From positions 62,001-126,000 of the forward strand of contig QPGO01000173.1 of assembly GCA_008632985.1 (NCBI GenBank): a stretch of DNA of 64,000 nt, read 5' to 3'. Below the pieces are notes generated by a model. It was not told the DNA's origin. It saw only the letters and a program-made list of their open reading frames with translations, and did no database searches. Numbering within the stretch: the first letter of the stretch is position 1; every line of letters begins with the position of its first letter. This DNA comes from Psammoneis japonica (lineage: Eukaryota). Shown here piece after piece: positions 11,190 to 22,619 of this stretch. A program made the position numbers and the translations under genes.

Positions 11190-12340
11190 ATGTCGGACAC
11201 TCTCAAAGATTTTGCTGCTGGTACTATGGGTGGCTTTGTAGCCAAATTGTTGGACTATCCCCTGGACACAGTGAAGGTACGGGGGGTGGGAATTGTTTGT
11301 TGTTTGTTTTGATGTGCTCCGTGCACACGAGTGGTGTGGGTGTTGATGCGTTGCATATCCGATCATCGTTGAGGACCTGCTTGCGGAAGCCTAATGAAAA
11401 GAGAAGTATCTTGTGACGTTTCCTGAACGTATTGTGTTACTTCCTATGAATCATAGTTTTATCGACTCATTCCTACATCTTCTGCTTTGACTACTAGGTT
11501 TTGTTGCAAACTCAGTCAGTCACCGGCAACGCGAACTCGACCGCAACAAAATCGCCTCCTTTGTATCGAGGAGCATGGCACTGTTTACAGCATACGTTCG
11601 AAACCAAGGGAATTACGGGCTTCTACAAGGGCTTGAGTTCCCCGCTCGTCGGAAGCATGGCTGAAAATGCCGTCTTGTTTCTCTCGTATAGCAAGTTCAA
11701 ATCGCTTCTGGCTGGTACAGGTGGACATCATCACGATTTGTCCTTGTTAGAACTCGCTCTAGCTGGTGGGGCAGCCGGTGGTGTTGTCTCTTTTGTTTTG
11801 ACGCCGGTGGAGCTTGTGAAATGCCGCTTGCAAGTGCAAAGTTCCGCAAGCAGTGGCTTCCGTGCGTACAAGGGTCCGATTGATGTGATTGTGCAGACGC
11901 TAAAAACAGAAGGACTAGCAGATGGGTTATTTCGGGGACACTTCAGTACAATGTTGAGAGAAGTTCCGGGTAACATCTGTTGGTATGGCACTTATGAAGC
12001 GTTTTGTATGGCCATGATTCCCGAGGATGGCACCCGCCACGACTTGGGTCCCGAAGCTCACATTGCGGGTGGTGCACTCGCCGGCATGGCTTACTGGACG
12101 GCGTTTTATCCAGCAGATACGATCAAGTCCCAACTACAGGTTCATCCAGAGCACGCTCATCATGGATTCTATGAAACGTTGGTGAAAATATGGCGATCAC
12201 AGGGTTTAAAGGGTCTTTATCGAGGATGGGGCGTGACAGTGTGCCGTGCCGCGCCTGCGCATGCAGCCCTTTTTGCCACCTACGAGCAATGCATTAAATG
12301 GCTAAAGCCATCACACCTGTATCCACCTCATGGGGCTTAA
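11190..12340 (+). CDS. Mitochondrial carrier (SLC25), ornithine/carnitine carrier-like; intron 11277-11497
   Basis: Three Px[DE]xxK signatures (YPLDTVK, TPVELVKCRLQ, YPADTIKSQLQ); exon 1 MSDTLKDFAAGTMGG; ENAVLF, REVPG and RAAPA contact motifs resemble ORT1/SLC25A15 type. Confidence 0.9.
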
Positions 12341-12766
12341 AAAAGACAGCGAAGTTGGCACACGATAGTGTTCGCAACGTCCTTTGTCACTCTAGAGGAA
12401 CTAAAAGTACCATAGATCATTATATTGTTGTTATCTGTCTCTTATCCCCTTTAGCTGCCGTATCAGATCACCTTCCATTGGCTCAATCTTTATGAATCCT
12501 ATGCCCATTCCAGTCCTTCAGTCTACCTTCGCCTTGTAGGTGGTATCGCTAGAGAGAGCACTTGTTTCTTTTCCCCGAAGGAGAAAACTTGCCCGACTTC
12601 CCTCCATGGACATCATGCCACAGTACAACTAAGAGAAGGTCGTCTGCGCTCAGGAACCATTTACCTTTTGAGACACTAAAGTACAGTTGCCTTTAGGATC
12701 ATTCTAGACTATGTATATGGATTATTATTTTCAAAAGGACAAAACTGTCAAAGGCAGTTTGACACT

Positions 12767-15543
12767 CTAGTCAAGAACAGGGACTTCGACGCGCTTGGTC
12801 AATCGTAGTATTGTTCCGCGAATGTGAGACGAGTTAAGTCCAGCCTGCTCGTATTGTTCGTATTGAGTAGCAGTCTCAAAGTAGGTATCTGGTAGCACCA
12901 TGGGTCGGAACTTGAGGTTTCCATCATCCAAAGCGCCGTCCAAGGACAAAAAGTGCAACACGTGATCACCGAACCCACCGATGCTTCCTTCTTCAATTGT
13001 TATTAGCACAGAGTGTTCATCGGCCAGGTGTCTAACCAAATCAACATCAAGTGGCTTCATAAAGCGAGCATCCGCCACTGTTACTCCCAATGTTGGGTCG
13101 CTTTCTTCCACCTCGTTGGCAGCAATGAGTGCTTCAGAAAGCCTGGTGCCAATGGAAAGAATGGCAACCCGATCCTTACGTTCCTTTCCACGTGTTGAAG
13201 ATTCAGATTGGCTGAAACCTCCAGGCCCACGGACAATGCGTCCTTTTCCGATCGGTAGAGATTCACCTGCAACATTCAACGAAAAAAAATGAGACGAGAA
13301 GTAAAAATATGATTGCCGAGAATAGCGAATCTACTTACCCTTTGCAGGGATTTCACCATTCTCCAACTCATATCCAAACAATGACTGCAATGTCTCGGCG
13401 CCGTAACCAGTGCCACGAGGATAACGCAAAACTGTCGGACCGTCATCGAAGTCGGCGCATGTCTTGACCATGTTTCGAAGTTCGATTTCGTCACTTGGAG
13501 CCATAATCGTAAGATTGGGGATGCAGCCCATGTAAGCGAGGTCATAGCATCCGTGGTGGGTGGGGCCGTCGTTACCCACGAGGCCAGCACGGTCAAGGAT
13601 CATGCGGACAGGGAGGTTCTGGATCGCCACGTCGTGGACAACTTGGTCGTAGCCACGCTGCATAAATGTTGAGTAGATGCACACAAATGGCTTCAATCCC
13701 TCGCATGCCATACCTGCTCCCATACATACAGCATGTTGTTCGGCAATACCAACATCAAAGGTACGCTTGGGGAAGCGTCTTCCGAAAATGTCCATTCCGG
13801 TTCCACCGGGCATTGCCGCAGTGATTCCTACAATCGCTCTGTCTTCCGTTGCTGCATCGATAAGGGAGTTCGCAAAGATTGAAGTCATACTGGGAGCCGA
13901 TGATTTGCCCTTGAATTGGACGCCAGTACCAAGGTCGAACTTGGCCACACCATGCATTCTATCACTCGCCTGAAGAGCTGGAGGATATCCGTAACCCTTC
14001 ACAGTCTTGAGATGCAAAAGCACGGGTTTGTTGCTGGGGCTGTCACGAAGCTTTTCAAGAATGGGGACAAGATTGTCCAAATCATGACCGTCCACAGGAC
14101 CGACGTAGTAGAACCAAGCTCCTCAAAAAGGGTACCTCCAGAGACAATACCACGAGCATACTCATCGAAACGCTTGTTCACCCTTTGAATGTCTTCCGGC
14201 AACAGGCGGTTAAAACTCTTGGCAAAGTCACGGAAATCCTGGAAAGGCTTCGAAACAAGCAAATTCGAGGTGTAGGTGGATAGCTGAGATGCGGGAACGA
14301 CACCTCCGGCACTGGGTGTTCCGGTAGGGAGACTAACTTGACCATTGTCGTTGAGGACGACAATCATACGCGAGCGAAGGTATCCGGCACTGTTCATCGC
14401 CTCGTAGGCCATACCACCTGTAATGGCACCATCTCCGATAACAGCAATACAGTTATTCTTTCGTTTGTTAAGGAGAGATTTCGCGACACTCATTCCTTGA
14501 GCAGCCGAGATGGACGTCGAGGAGTGTCCAGCCCCAAATGAGTCATACTCGCTCTCCTTGCGCTTGCAAAACCCAGAAATTCCCCCGAGTTGACGTAGTC
14601 CGGACATTCTTTCCCTTCGCCCTGTTAGCACTTTGTGTGCATAACACTGATGCGATACATCCCAGATAATGTCATCTTCCGGCATGTCGAAGACATAGTG
14701 AAGAGCAACGGTGAGCTCGTTCACACCCAGTGATGAGCTCAAATGACCGCCCGTCTTGGATACGGACTCCAAAACCTCCCATCGAAGTTCATTGGCAAGC
14801 TGCTCTCCGAAACGAAAAAAATGTGAGGAAAAACTGTGTTCAACCTACATTATCACCATCCCATCGATGCCATAATCAACTCACCTGTTTCAGATCCTTC
14901 ATATCGAGGCGTTTCATATCTTCAGGTGTATGTATCGAATCTAAAACTGGTTTCACTGCTGGACCGGCATAAGGAGGACCAGGAATATTACTACCATCCT
15001 CCGCCATAAAGGCGTCTGTTGAAGTTTCCCGTCCATTGTGAATAGCACGATTGTTTAGAATGGATGACGGAACAAAAGCCACAGCCTGCGAGAAAGTTGG
15101 AGGTTGGATGGAGTTGAAAGAAAAAAATCGTATCCAAAAAGAAACCCGGTTGTTGAAGCAAACCAAAAGCATTGCACGCAAAATCCAGTACAACCCCACG
15201 TAGAAGCAGTCGAAGGATTCAAGTGAACACATCCATCGCGAAAGGCGGAAACAACCATGGCGAAGGAAGCGGACGCAAGAAAGGAGAAGAAAGAAAAGAA
15301 GATGCAATGAGATGAGTGCATTAAAAATAGAAACGTCAAAAAACGATAATATCATCTCAATGGCATAACACATAAGCCATTTGCCACGAAAATTATTGAC
15401 CTCCAACAAAGAACAAAAATTGGATGAGGCGAACCTCGATCCGTTCATCCAAGCCCACTTCTAAGCCTTTTGAAGTCTCTCACCAGCGAAATACTTACCG
15501 ATGAAGCTGCTGTGAGCAGCGTAACAACTCTAGAGAGGTGCAT
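12767..15543 (-). CDS. DXS: 1-deoxy-D-xylulose-5-phosphate synthase, plastid-targeted; introns 15086-15498, 14800-14884, 13267-13338; 1-nt frameshift near 14112
   Basis: Spliced presequence [87 protein letters not shown]. Confidence 0.97.
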
Positions 15544-16400
15544 CGTGATGAATGAGTTGATTTCCGATGAAAATTATGGGTTGGTTGTAATCGATTGATT
15601 GATGTTCGACTGACGAAGCAAGTCCACCCCTGAATCGCGCATGCACAAAGAGATCGCGCTTGTGAGCTGTTTCCAGGTCAATTAAGAAAATTAGACACGT
15701 CACAATATAGTTAAATATTGATGACATCAGAGAGCTAAATAATTGTCTGTGCTGTCGTTTCCCTTTGCCCGCCCCCCCCCCCCCCCGGCGCGCGCCGCCG
15801 CCCCCACGTCCAAAATGCATGAATGAATCAATCAGATGTGATCATCCCAAGGCGTCACCTCGATTTGATCCTGTACCTCGAGAACAGCGTAACGATCCTT
15901 TCTTTCACACATGTATAGTTAGTACGTAGAAGTTTCTTGGAACATTTGTGACTTGACGCATTTCGCTCTAGACATTGTAGACACTAATTGACGTCGCACC
16001 ACATTCGGAGATGGATGATTCTACTGTATGAGAGAAACACGAAAATGGAAGCTAGTTATCCTTTTCTATCCCGACTTTGAAATGAAGACGAAACAAGAAT
16101 CTATAGAATGGTCCCTTGACTGCTTTGCCTCGTCGAATTCAATACGACGAAAAAAATCTATCCTGAGGTGCCCCACTTTTAAGTAAGGTTTTCGCCATCT
16201 AATTGAGCCATCATTCCTCGAGACATATAGGTATCACTAGATCATTTCGTTGATTCTTCCACAAACTTGTTCACAGCCACATATTCGAAAAATGTATCTC
16301 TATAATACTTATTTATTCAATGCCGATGAACCAGCCAGGGAGGGCCGCAAAATTCAAAATTTCTATACATCATATCGTAGGAACCAATGCGCCGAGCTGC

Positions 16401-17060
16401 TTATGCCACTGGGTTGACCCACAGATGCCCTATTAGTGGTAGTTGTCGCCCTAGAAACGGCGGAAAGGGTGTCTTCTTATCGGAGGTAATGGGAGAATCG
16501 TCAATGGTCTTGATCAGTTCGGGTTCTGTCCGTGACGGTTGACTACCACCAAGCAACTTGATGGCTGTTTCTTGCTGACGCAGTTTATTTTCGAATGATT
16601 TTTCCATCAATGATATGCTAGCCCTAGTTGAATCAATTGAATCCATCACGTCGCCTTCGATTCTCGCCTTTTGATCGCCAACACGCTTGGCGAAAGTTCT
16701 CAACCAGTCATTGAGTTCCGCCGTGCTCTCTTGGTAGCTGTTTAGATCAGCTTGCAAGACAAGCATATGATGCATGGAGCGACATAGTTGTCCTTCCAGC
16801 GATAGTACATAAGTTGGCGTTGCCGCCTCTGCACCTCTTGCACGTCGAGCAGCCTCAATGTAGCGATGCAACGGGCTTCTCTTCCCGGTATTTTCTTCAA
16901 GTGAAATCTGATATGCCTTTTTCTTGTCGCTCACTTTCATACGTAGTACTTCCATTTCTAGACTGTGCTTGATTGATTCATCTCGCCGTGTCTTTCGAAC
17001 CTTCGTCAACTCGGACCTAACGCGTTCGAGCTCTGAATCAACACAAGATGATGACCCCAT
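16401..17060 (-). CDS. Hypothetical coiled-coil protein
   Basis: 219-aa ATG ORF with heptad-like charged helices. Confidence 0.6.
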   Translation of the reverse strand: MGSSSCVDSELERVRSELTKVRKTRRDESIKHSLEMEVLRMKVSDKKKAYQISLEENTGKRSPLHRYIEAARRARGAEAATPTYVLSLEGQLCRSMHHMLVLQADLNSYQESTAELNDWLRTFAKRVGDQKARIEGDVMDSIDSTRASISLMEKSFENKLRQQETAIKLLGGSQPSRTEPELIKTIDDSPITSDKKTPFPPFLGRQLPLIGHLWVNPVA

Positions 17061-17812
17061 TCTCGGATGTGAAATCTGTATGATTCTTGTTGGTCTTCAA
17101 CTTTCAAACCGTGCAATGAACAACGTAATACCTCTCGAGCTTCCTTGATAACCTTGTATTTTGAGAAAAGCGCGACTTAAGCCTGGGGTTGCAAAAATTG
17201 TGGGGCTTTAGTGCATTGTGTAAAGAGCCTGTGGCAAAATGTGCTTGGCAAGACTCCAACTCGCAGACGAAGAACGAAGAAGCGCGATGGTCGTTGCGGT
17301 ATTTTTGACACCAGTATATTTCCACGTACAATGTACGTAAGTCCCGCCCGTTGAGTTCGTTTTTTCGTGATTTCAGCGATCATTATGTCCTTTGCGTAGA
17401 ATCCTACGTACTTTCTGCGAAGACCCGGAAAGGCTTCCAAGACCTAATTTGCTTGCCAGAACGACGACGACGACTCGGGACTCAAAGGATGCGTCTTCGA
17501 GAATCGAGAATCCAAATGACCCGCCCAAGCCTTGGGAATAACTGTAGGGCCTCTCTAGTAGCTAGCTAGCTAGGGCCTCCACAGAGAGGGTAGGCCCACG
17601 AAGATCTAGGACTTGAAACCTGTATCTGTCCTGTTTTCATTGCTCAACGAAAGAACGACAGAGTCTCACAGTTTGTTGCGTGGTTTGTAAGATTGACATA
17701 AACCGCGAAATGGCCAAAAATGGTGTCACAGCCTCATTTCGTTTCTTTGGGCACAACTCAGAGGGCTAGAGACACTGAAAGATGCTGCACAGTAAGCCAG
17801 AGTTTTTTTAAC

Positions 17813-18484
17813 TTAGGATATTATCTTTCCTCCTACCCTATCGAAGAAACTTATCATCCCTCTAGCAACACCCTTCTGATGAACGGGAGTTGATTTGAGC
17901 TTCTCCATATAAGACTGATCTAGCTTCCACTTTGCACCCGCCTTTGTCAGTATACCCAGATACTCTTGGCTGGTTGGTAAATCCTCTTTGTTCATGTCTG
18001 GAAACGTGGCCACCAACGTGAATGCAGAAACTGGCGTTGTATCTTCGTTAGCTCGGCGTCCTGCTTCATCTCCGTCTCCAATGTATGGGAATACTTCGCA
18101 CCGCTGCCATTTGTACGCAAACGGAACTAATTCAGTAAATCCCACTCTAGCAAAGTCTTCGGGCGTCAATGTATAGAGCACTCCATGAACTGCGTCACTA
18201 TTTTCATCCCCACATTTCTCTACGCATGCGGCCGACGTCCCGACGCCAGGAAGAACAGAAAGATTGAACCGCAACTTGTACCCAGGAAGAACGGCGGCGG
18301 TGGATTCCAAGGGATACACAGATCTAAGCCCCGTCAAAGTCGATTCTGCCATGTTGGATCCATACGCGAAGTAGCGAAAAGTAGATGGCGAGTTACCGGC
18401 CAACGCGTTGCTTGATCGACTGAAGCAACAGATTACCAGAAACACGATGGTCCAATGCAACATGAGGGGCGAGGAATACCTCAT
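17813..18484 (-). CDS. Gamma-glutamylcyclotransferase (GGCT/AIG2-like) family protein with N-terminal targeting peptide
   Basis: YFAYGSNM, A.LPGYKLRFN, VHGVLYTL and P(T)SQEYL motifs. Confidence 0.85.
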   Translation of the reverse strand: MRYSSPLMLHWTIVFLVICCFSRSSNALAGNSPSTFRYFAYGSNMAESTLTGLRSVYPLESTAAVLPGYKLRFNLSVLPGVGTSAACVEKCGDENSDAVHGVLYTLTPEDFARVGFTELVPFAYKWQRCEVFPYIGDGDEAGRRANEDTTPVSAFTLVATFPDMNKEDLPTSQEYLGILTKAGAKWKLDQSYMEKLKSTPVHQKGVARGMISFFDRVGGKIIS

Positions 18485-19369
18485 GACGAACTATCAATCA
18501 CAATTTCAGTTCCATTGTAAGACATGCGAAAGCGTTGACGTTACGGTGCGCAGTCGGTAGCGTCGCCGCTGCATCATGTTGTCGGAGACGGACGCAACGC
18601 ATGCGGTGAGTCAGAAAGGGACAATAAGAGAGAAGAGATCACCAACAGTACCTACCGTAGGCCTACCTACCGGTACAGGAGTGAGTCAGTCCCATTTCTT
18701 AGTCGTAGTGGCGGATCCCGACTGAAAAACACGATTGGAGGCGGATGGATTGGAGGAGCAAGGCTTATAAACCACAAAGAGACTACTACTCTAGAGTAGA
18801 AGTAGACGGCTAGCTAGGTACCGTAGCTGTCCTAGAGACTGACTCTATGAAATGAAAGGGATAGAGGCCTTTTTTCTTTGTTTGCCGAGGGATTCTGTGA
18901 TTGTTTTGTCTCGGCAAATTTATCCTGAATCCTGAGGTGAGGTGAGGTGAGGTGAGGAAAACGTCCTCTCTCGTCATTTAGATTAGTCAATTCTGCTCTC
19001 TTTCCGATAATTGCTTGTTAGCTAGCTATTCTCTATGCTAGCGTGTGCTTCATTCCTGCTTGCTTTTCGTAGTTCGTTCGATTTTGTCACAGCACAAACT
19101 AGAACCATCCACTCCTGGTGTCGATGATTCTCCGGCGTATTACTTGCTCTTGCAACGACACAAGGAGCCGTTCTCCATTTAGACTCTTCTGCGAGAAAAA
19201 ACGTCCGCCAGAAATAAAGATTTTTCACTTAGACACTCCGCCGCTCGTGAGTTTCGCGCCTTTCACGTGATATTGTAGCCGCTGCGACAACCTGCTAAAG
19301 CAGAACTCATTCACCAGTTTGTCAAAGGTTCCTGATACATATTTTTACCATTAAGTTAGTTCCAAATCG

Positions 19370-19936
19370 TCAAGTTTGGTGTGGCTTTTCGCCTCTGAAA
19401 CGTGAGATGATCAGGCCCACGATCGTCAGGCTCATCCCGCCATAAATGCCAATCCATTTCATTTGATTGAATGTACTCGCTAGCCTTATCACATTGTCAG
19501 ATAATTTTTCTGGATAAACAAGGCATCCTTTGAACTGAAGATACGTTTCGACCACATCCGAAATGACGGTCACGAGGAAGATGTTGGAAAGCTGAGGATT
19601 CCAATTGGCTCGGCGACATGATCGAAACAACCATGCTCCCCAAAAGACTGAATAACACGGCATCACCGCCACAAAGTCGTAAAGCGCAATTTTCCCATAA
19701 TCAAGACAACCAGCTTCTCCCCATGTCGAGTAAATTCCGTTCAGTCTTTCGGGTGTGTATCCAAACAGCGTGTCGGGGGGTTGGACGGCGGGATAATGTT
19801 CTTGAATGGAATTGGTCATGCTTGTAATCATACCCATGGTGACAATGTGAGCAAACAAGACGGCTCCAAAGAGCATCGGTGTTGACTCCACGATTTGGAA
19901 AAACGATAGCATCTTGGTAGAAGCAGTTCCATACAC
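19370..19936 (-). CDS. Hypothetical multi-pass membrane protein
   Basis: Four hydrophobic segments; PPDTLFGYTPE...Y...D motif, D.VE and KW motifs; start codon uncertain. Confidence 0.65.
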   Translation of the reverse strand: MYGTASTKMLSFFQIVESTPMLFGAVLFAHIVTMGMITSMTNSIQEHYPAVQPPDTLFGYTPERLNGIYSTWGEAGCLDYGKIALYDFVAVMPCYSVFWGAWLFRSCRRANWNPQLSNIFLVTVISDVVETYLQFKGCLVYPEKLSDNVIRLASTFNQMKWIGIYGGMSLTIVGLIISRFRGEKPHQT

Positions 19937-20479
19937 GAAAAAAGAGAGGCGAATCGTCGGGTCGAATGCAGCTATCGCCTGACTCTTGAGAAGAAGATCT
20001 TCCGAACGTTCACGTCAAAGATGTTGTTCAAGCTTACAATCTCAATCTCTACGGTCCTTAACCACAATCAAAGCCACCCACAACCTACAACAGCAGAGGC
20101 AACTGACAGAACAGAGCAAAGAAAGCAGCAAAAAGAACTTGCAAGAAACCCTGGGTACTTCTACAAACAGCACCGTGGGTGTCCATCGTGCTGCTGAAAG
20201 ATCCAAGATCCAACTCGCGAACCCCAATCATCATATAAACATTCATACATTTATAACATTTTATATAGTTCGAACTCCAAAATCTCCCTCCGACCGCGCC
20301 TTGACGTTTTCTTTCATTCGTTGGTTGATGTTGCTGATGGCGAGAGAGACAAACACGATGAGAAGCTCGTCGTTCCCGAGGCGTTTGCAGTTTTCAGTCT
20401 TACAAAATCCGAACAGTTATCCTGATATCAACGAAACTCGCAACAATTGTATGCTTAAGATTAAAAACAACTTGTGAGA

Positions 20480-22132
20480 ATGAATGCTGGCAATACCCGT
20501 AAGCCTCGCCCTTCTGCTTCGCCATTGTGCTGCCTCGTCCCTTGCGTGAATGGTGAAATACGCAGTGGTGGTAGCAGCGGACAAGTCTCCCCGTCCCATG
20601 TTGATCTACTCCACATTCCATCTCTGGCGATTGGCGACTTCCTCAGTGATATTAACGAAAACATCTCTGGTGTCCTGTTCTACGAAGAGCGAATGCTATG
20701 CCTTTTACTCCATTTGAACAACCCTCAGAATCGAGTCATCTACGTAACTTCCATGCCTGTTTCGCCCACCGTTGTGGACTACTATCTCAGTTTACTATCA
20801 AACGTATCTATGGAAGACGCCAAACGACGTTTGTCCATGATTTGCTGCTACGATACAATGTGCACCGAGCCACTGGCTCTTAAAATACTCAAAAGGCCTC
20901 GCTTGATGAAGCGAATAAAGAATCAGCTCAGTCCAAGCAAGACGGTAATTTCTACGTATGCTCACACGGAGGCAGAGCAAGAAATCGCACGGCGACTCGG
21001 GATTAACCACGCGCTAAGTCCGATTCTTCCGGTTTGGGGAACAAAATCCGGATCACGCATCGCTTTTCGAGAACTCAACATTCCTCATTGCGTTGGCACT
21101 CACGATTCAGTATTCTCTGTGCAGGACCTTCTAAAGGAGGTTTCTGTGTTGATGGAACATCATCCGAATCTAGACACAATCATGGTGAAGCTGAACGAGG
21201 GCGTTTCGGGCTACGGCAATGCCAAATGGAAACTCCCAAAATCAAACAACGTCCAAGTTCTGGAAGAGTCTCTGATGAAAGATTTGCAGCCTGCTTCAAA
21301 TAAGAGTCCCACAGAGTATCTGGAGAGGCTGTCTGAATTGGGCGGCATTGTCGAAGAATTCTTGACCCATCCGGGGATAAGGTCTCCCAGTGCTCAGGGA
21401 CGAGTTCATGACGATGGATCCGTGGAAGTTGTTTCGACGCATGAACAAGTGTTGCACAATGGCATCTTTGACGGTTGCAGCTTCCCTGCCAAGGAAGAAT
21501 ACAGACTTGAGCTTCAACAACACTGTCTCGCTGTTGGAAAGTTTCTCGCCAGCAAAGGCATCCGAGATGAGAATTACGGTGTCGACTTTATGGCGTGGCA
21601 GGACAAGGAGTGTGGCGTGGGAGACGATGAAAAGTGGCATGTCAGTGCGATTGAAATTAATCTCCGTGTCTTGGGTACGTCGCACCCCATGATGACGATG
21701 AAGCTCGTCATGGTTGGCGGTAAAATGCTTGAAACTGGTGACTTTACGAATCGTGACGGAGAACCGCGATGCTATTTTGCGGTGGATTCGTTTCAGCACG
21801 AATGCCTTTCATCTCTTACTCCCGACGACTTGTTTGATTTGATCGACACCCACGAGGTTCTTCAGTATCACAAGGAAAGCAGCACTGGAACAATCTTTTA
21901 CATGATTGATTCTCTTCCATCCTTTGGGTGAGTCGAAAGCATATTCTTTCACTTTCTGTGATGTAGTGACGATTCGCTTGTTCATCGTTGTTTGACACTC
22001 GTTTCGTTTGTCGTACTCTAGCAAGGTCGGGTTCATGTGCATACAAGATACACCGCGAATAGTTTGAAACTTTTTGAAGAAGTGAAGGAACTTCTCCTTC
22101 AGGAATGCGAAGGCGAACCCTCCCTTGTTTAG
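20480..22132 (+). CDS. PGM1-related ATP-grasp peptide/amino-acid ligase (bacterial-type); intron 21928-22021; probable 1-nt deletion near 22057
   Basis: IPSL, FYEERML, VIYVTS.P, VDYYL.LL, KILKRPRL, WGTKSGSR, VKLNEGVSGYGNA, SPSAQG, STHEQVL, GC.FPA..YR, GVDF, IEINLR..GTSHP; last exon FGKVGFMCI. Confidence 0.85.
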
Positions 22133-22404
22133 ATTCTCGATACATTCAGATGGTAGATGATGCTGTAGAGCGTCACGTCGAAAACGACCGGTAGATTGCT
22201 TGTTTAGATTCCCGATACAAAATTCAGATGCTAGATGCTCTAGCAAGGTGGGGTTCAAGTGCATACAAGATACACCAGCGAATAGTTTGATACACTTTGA
22301 ACTTCTCATTCAGGAATGCGAAGGTGAACTCTCCCTTGTTTAGATTCCCGATACATTTTTCAGATGATAGATGTTCTCTAGAACGATATGTCGAATACGG
22401 CGGT
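22016..22404 (+). repeat. Imperfect tandem duplication of the last exon and 3' UTR of the ATP-grasp gene
   Basis: CTCTAGCAAGGT.GGGTTCA.GTGCATACAAGATACACC at about 22017 and 22238; CTTGTTTAGATTC.CGATACA occurs three times. Confidence 0.85.
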
Positions 22405-22619
22405 TACATTATATAAACTAACTATTGAACTACAGTAGTGACATCGAGCTATGTTGAATGTGAAGTGTAGCATTACTTTGATGCAGAGAAGGGACAGGTG
22501 CAACGCTTCCTTTTTTTGGCTCACTAATTTTGCATCTCAGCGAACATCCGGAGCATGTGATCTGGGATCGCTTTGTTTCCAGCCAATTGTGAGATTGCCT
22601 GAGAGTCACATCTAAACCA

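Noticed and set aside
14100..14120. DXS as a pseudogene or programmed frameshift
   Set aside because: One missing T in a homopolymer of an otherwise intact, highly conserved gene; many similar errors in the window.
15765..15810. Poly-C/GC run upstream of DXS (G-quadruplex potential)
   Set aside because: Single homopolymer of unreliable length; no supporting evidence.
18933..18957. (TGAGG)5 repeat, telomere-like
   Set aside because: A 5-mer microsatellite, not TTAGGG, and interstitial.
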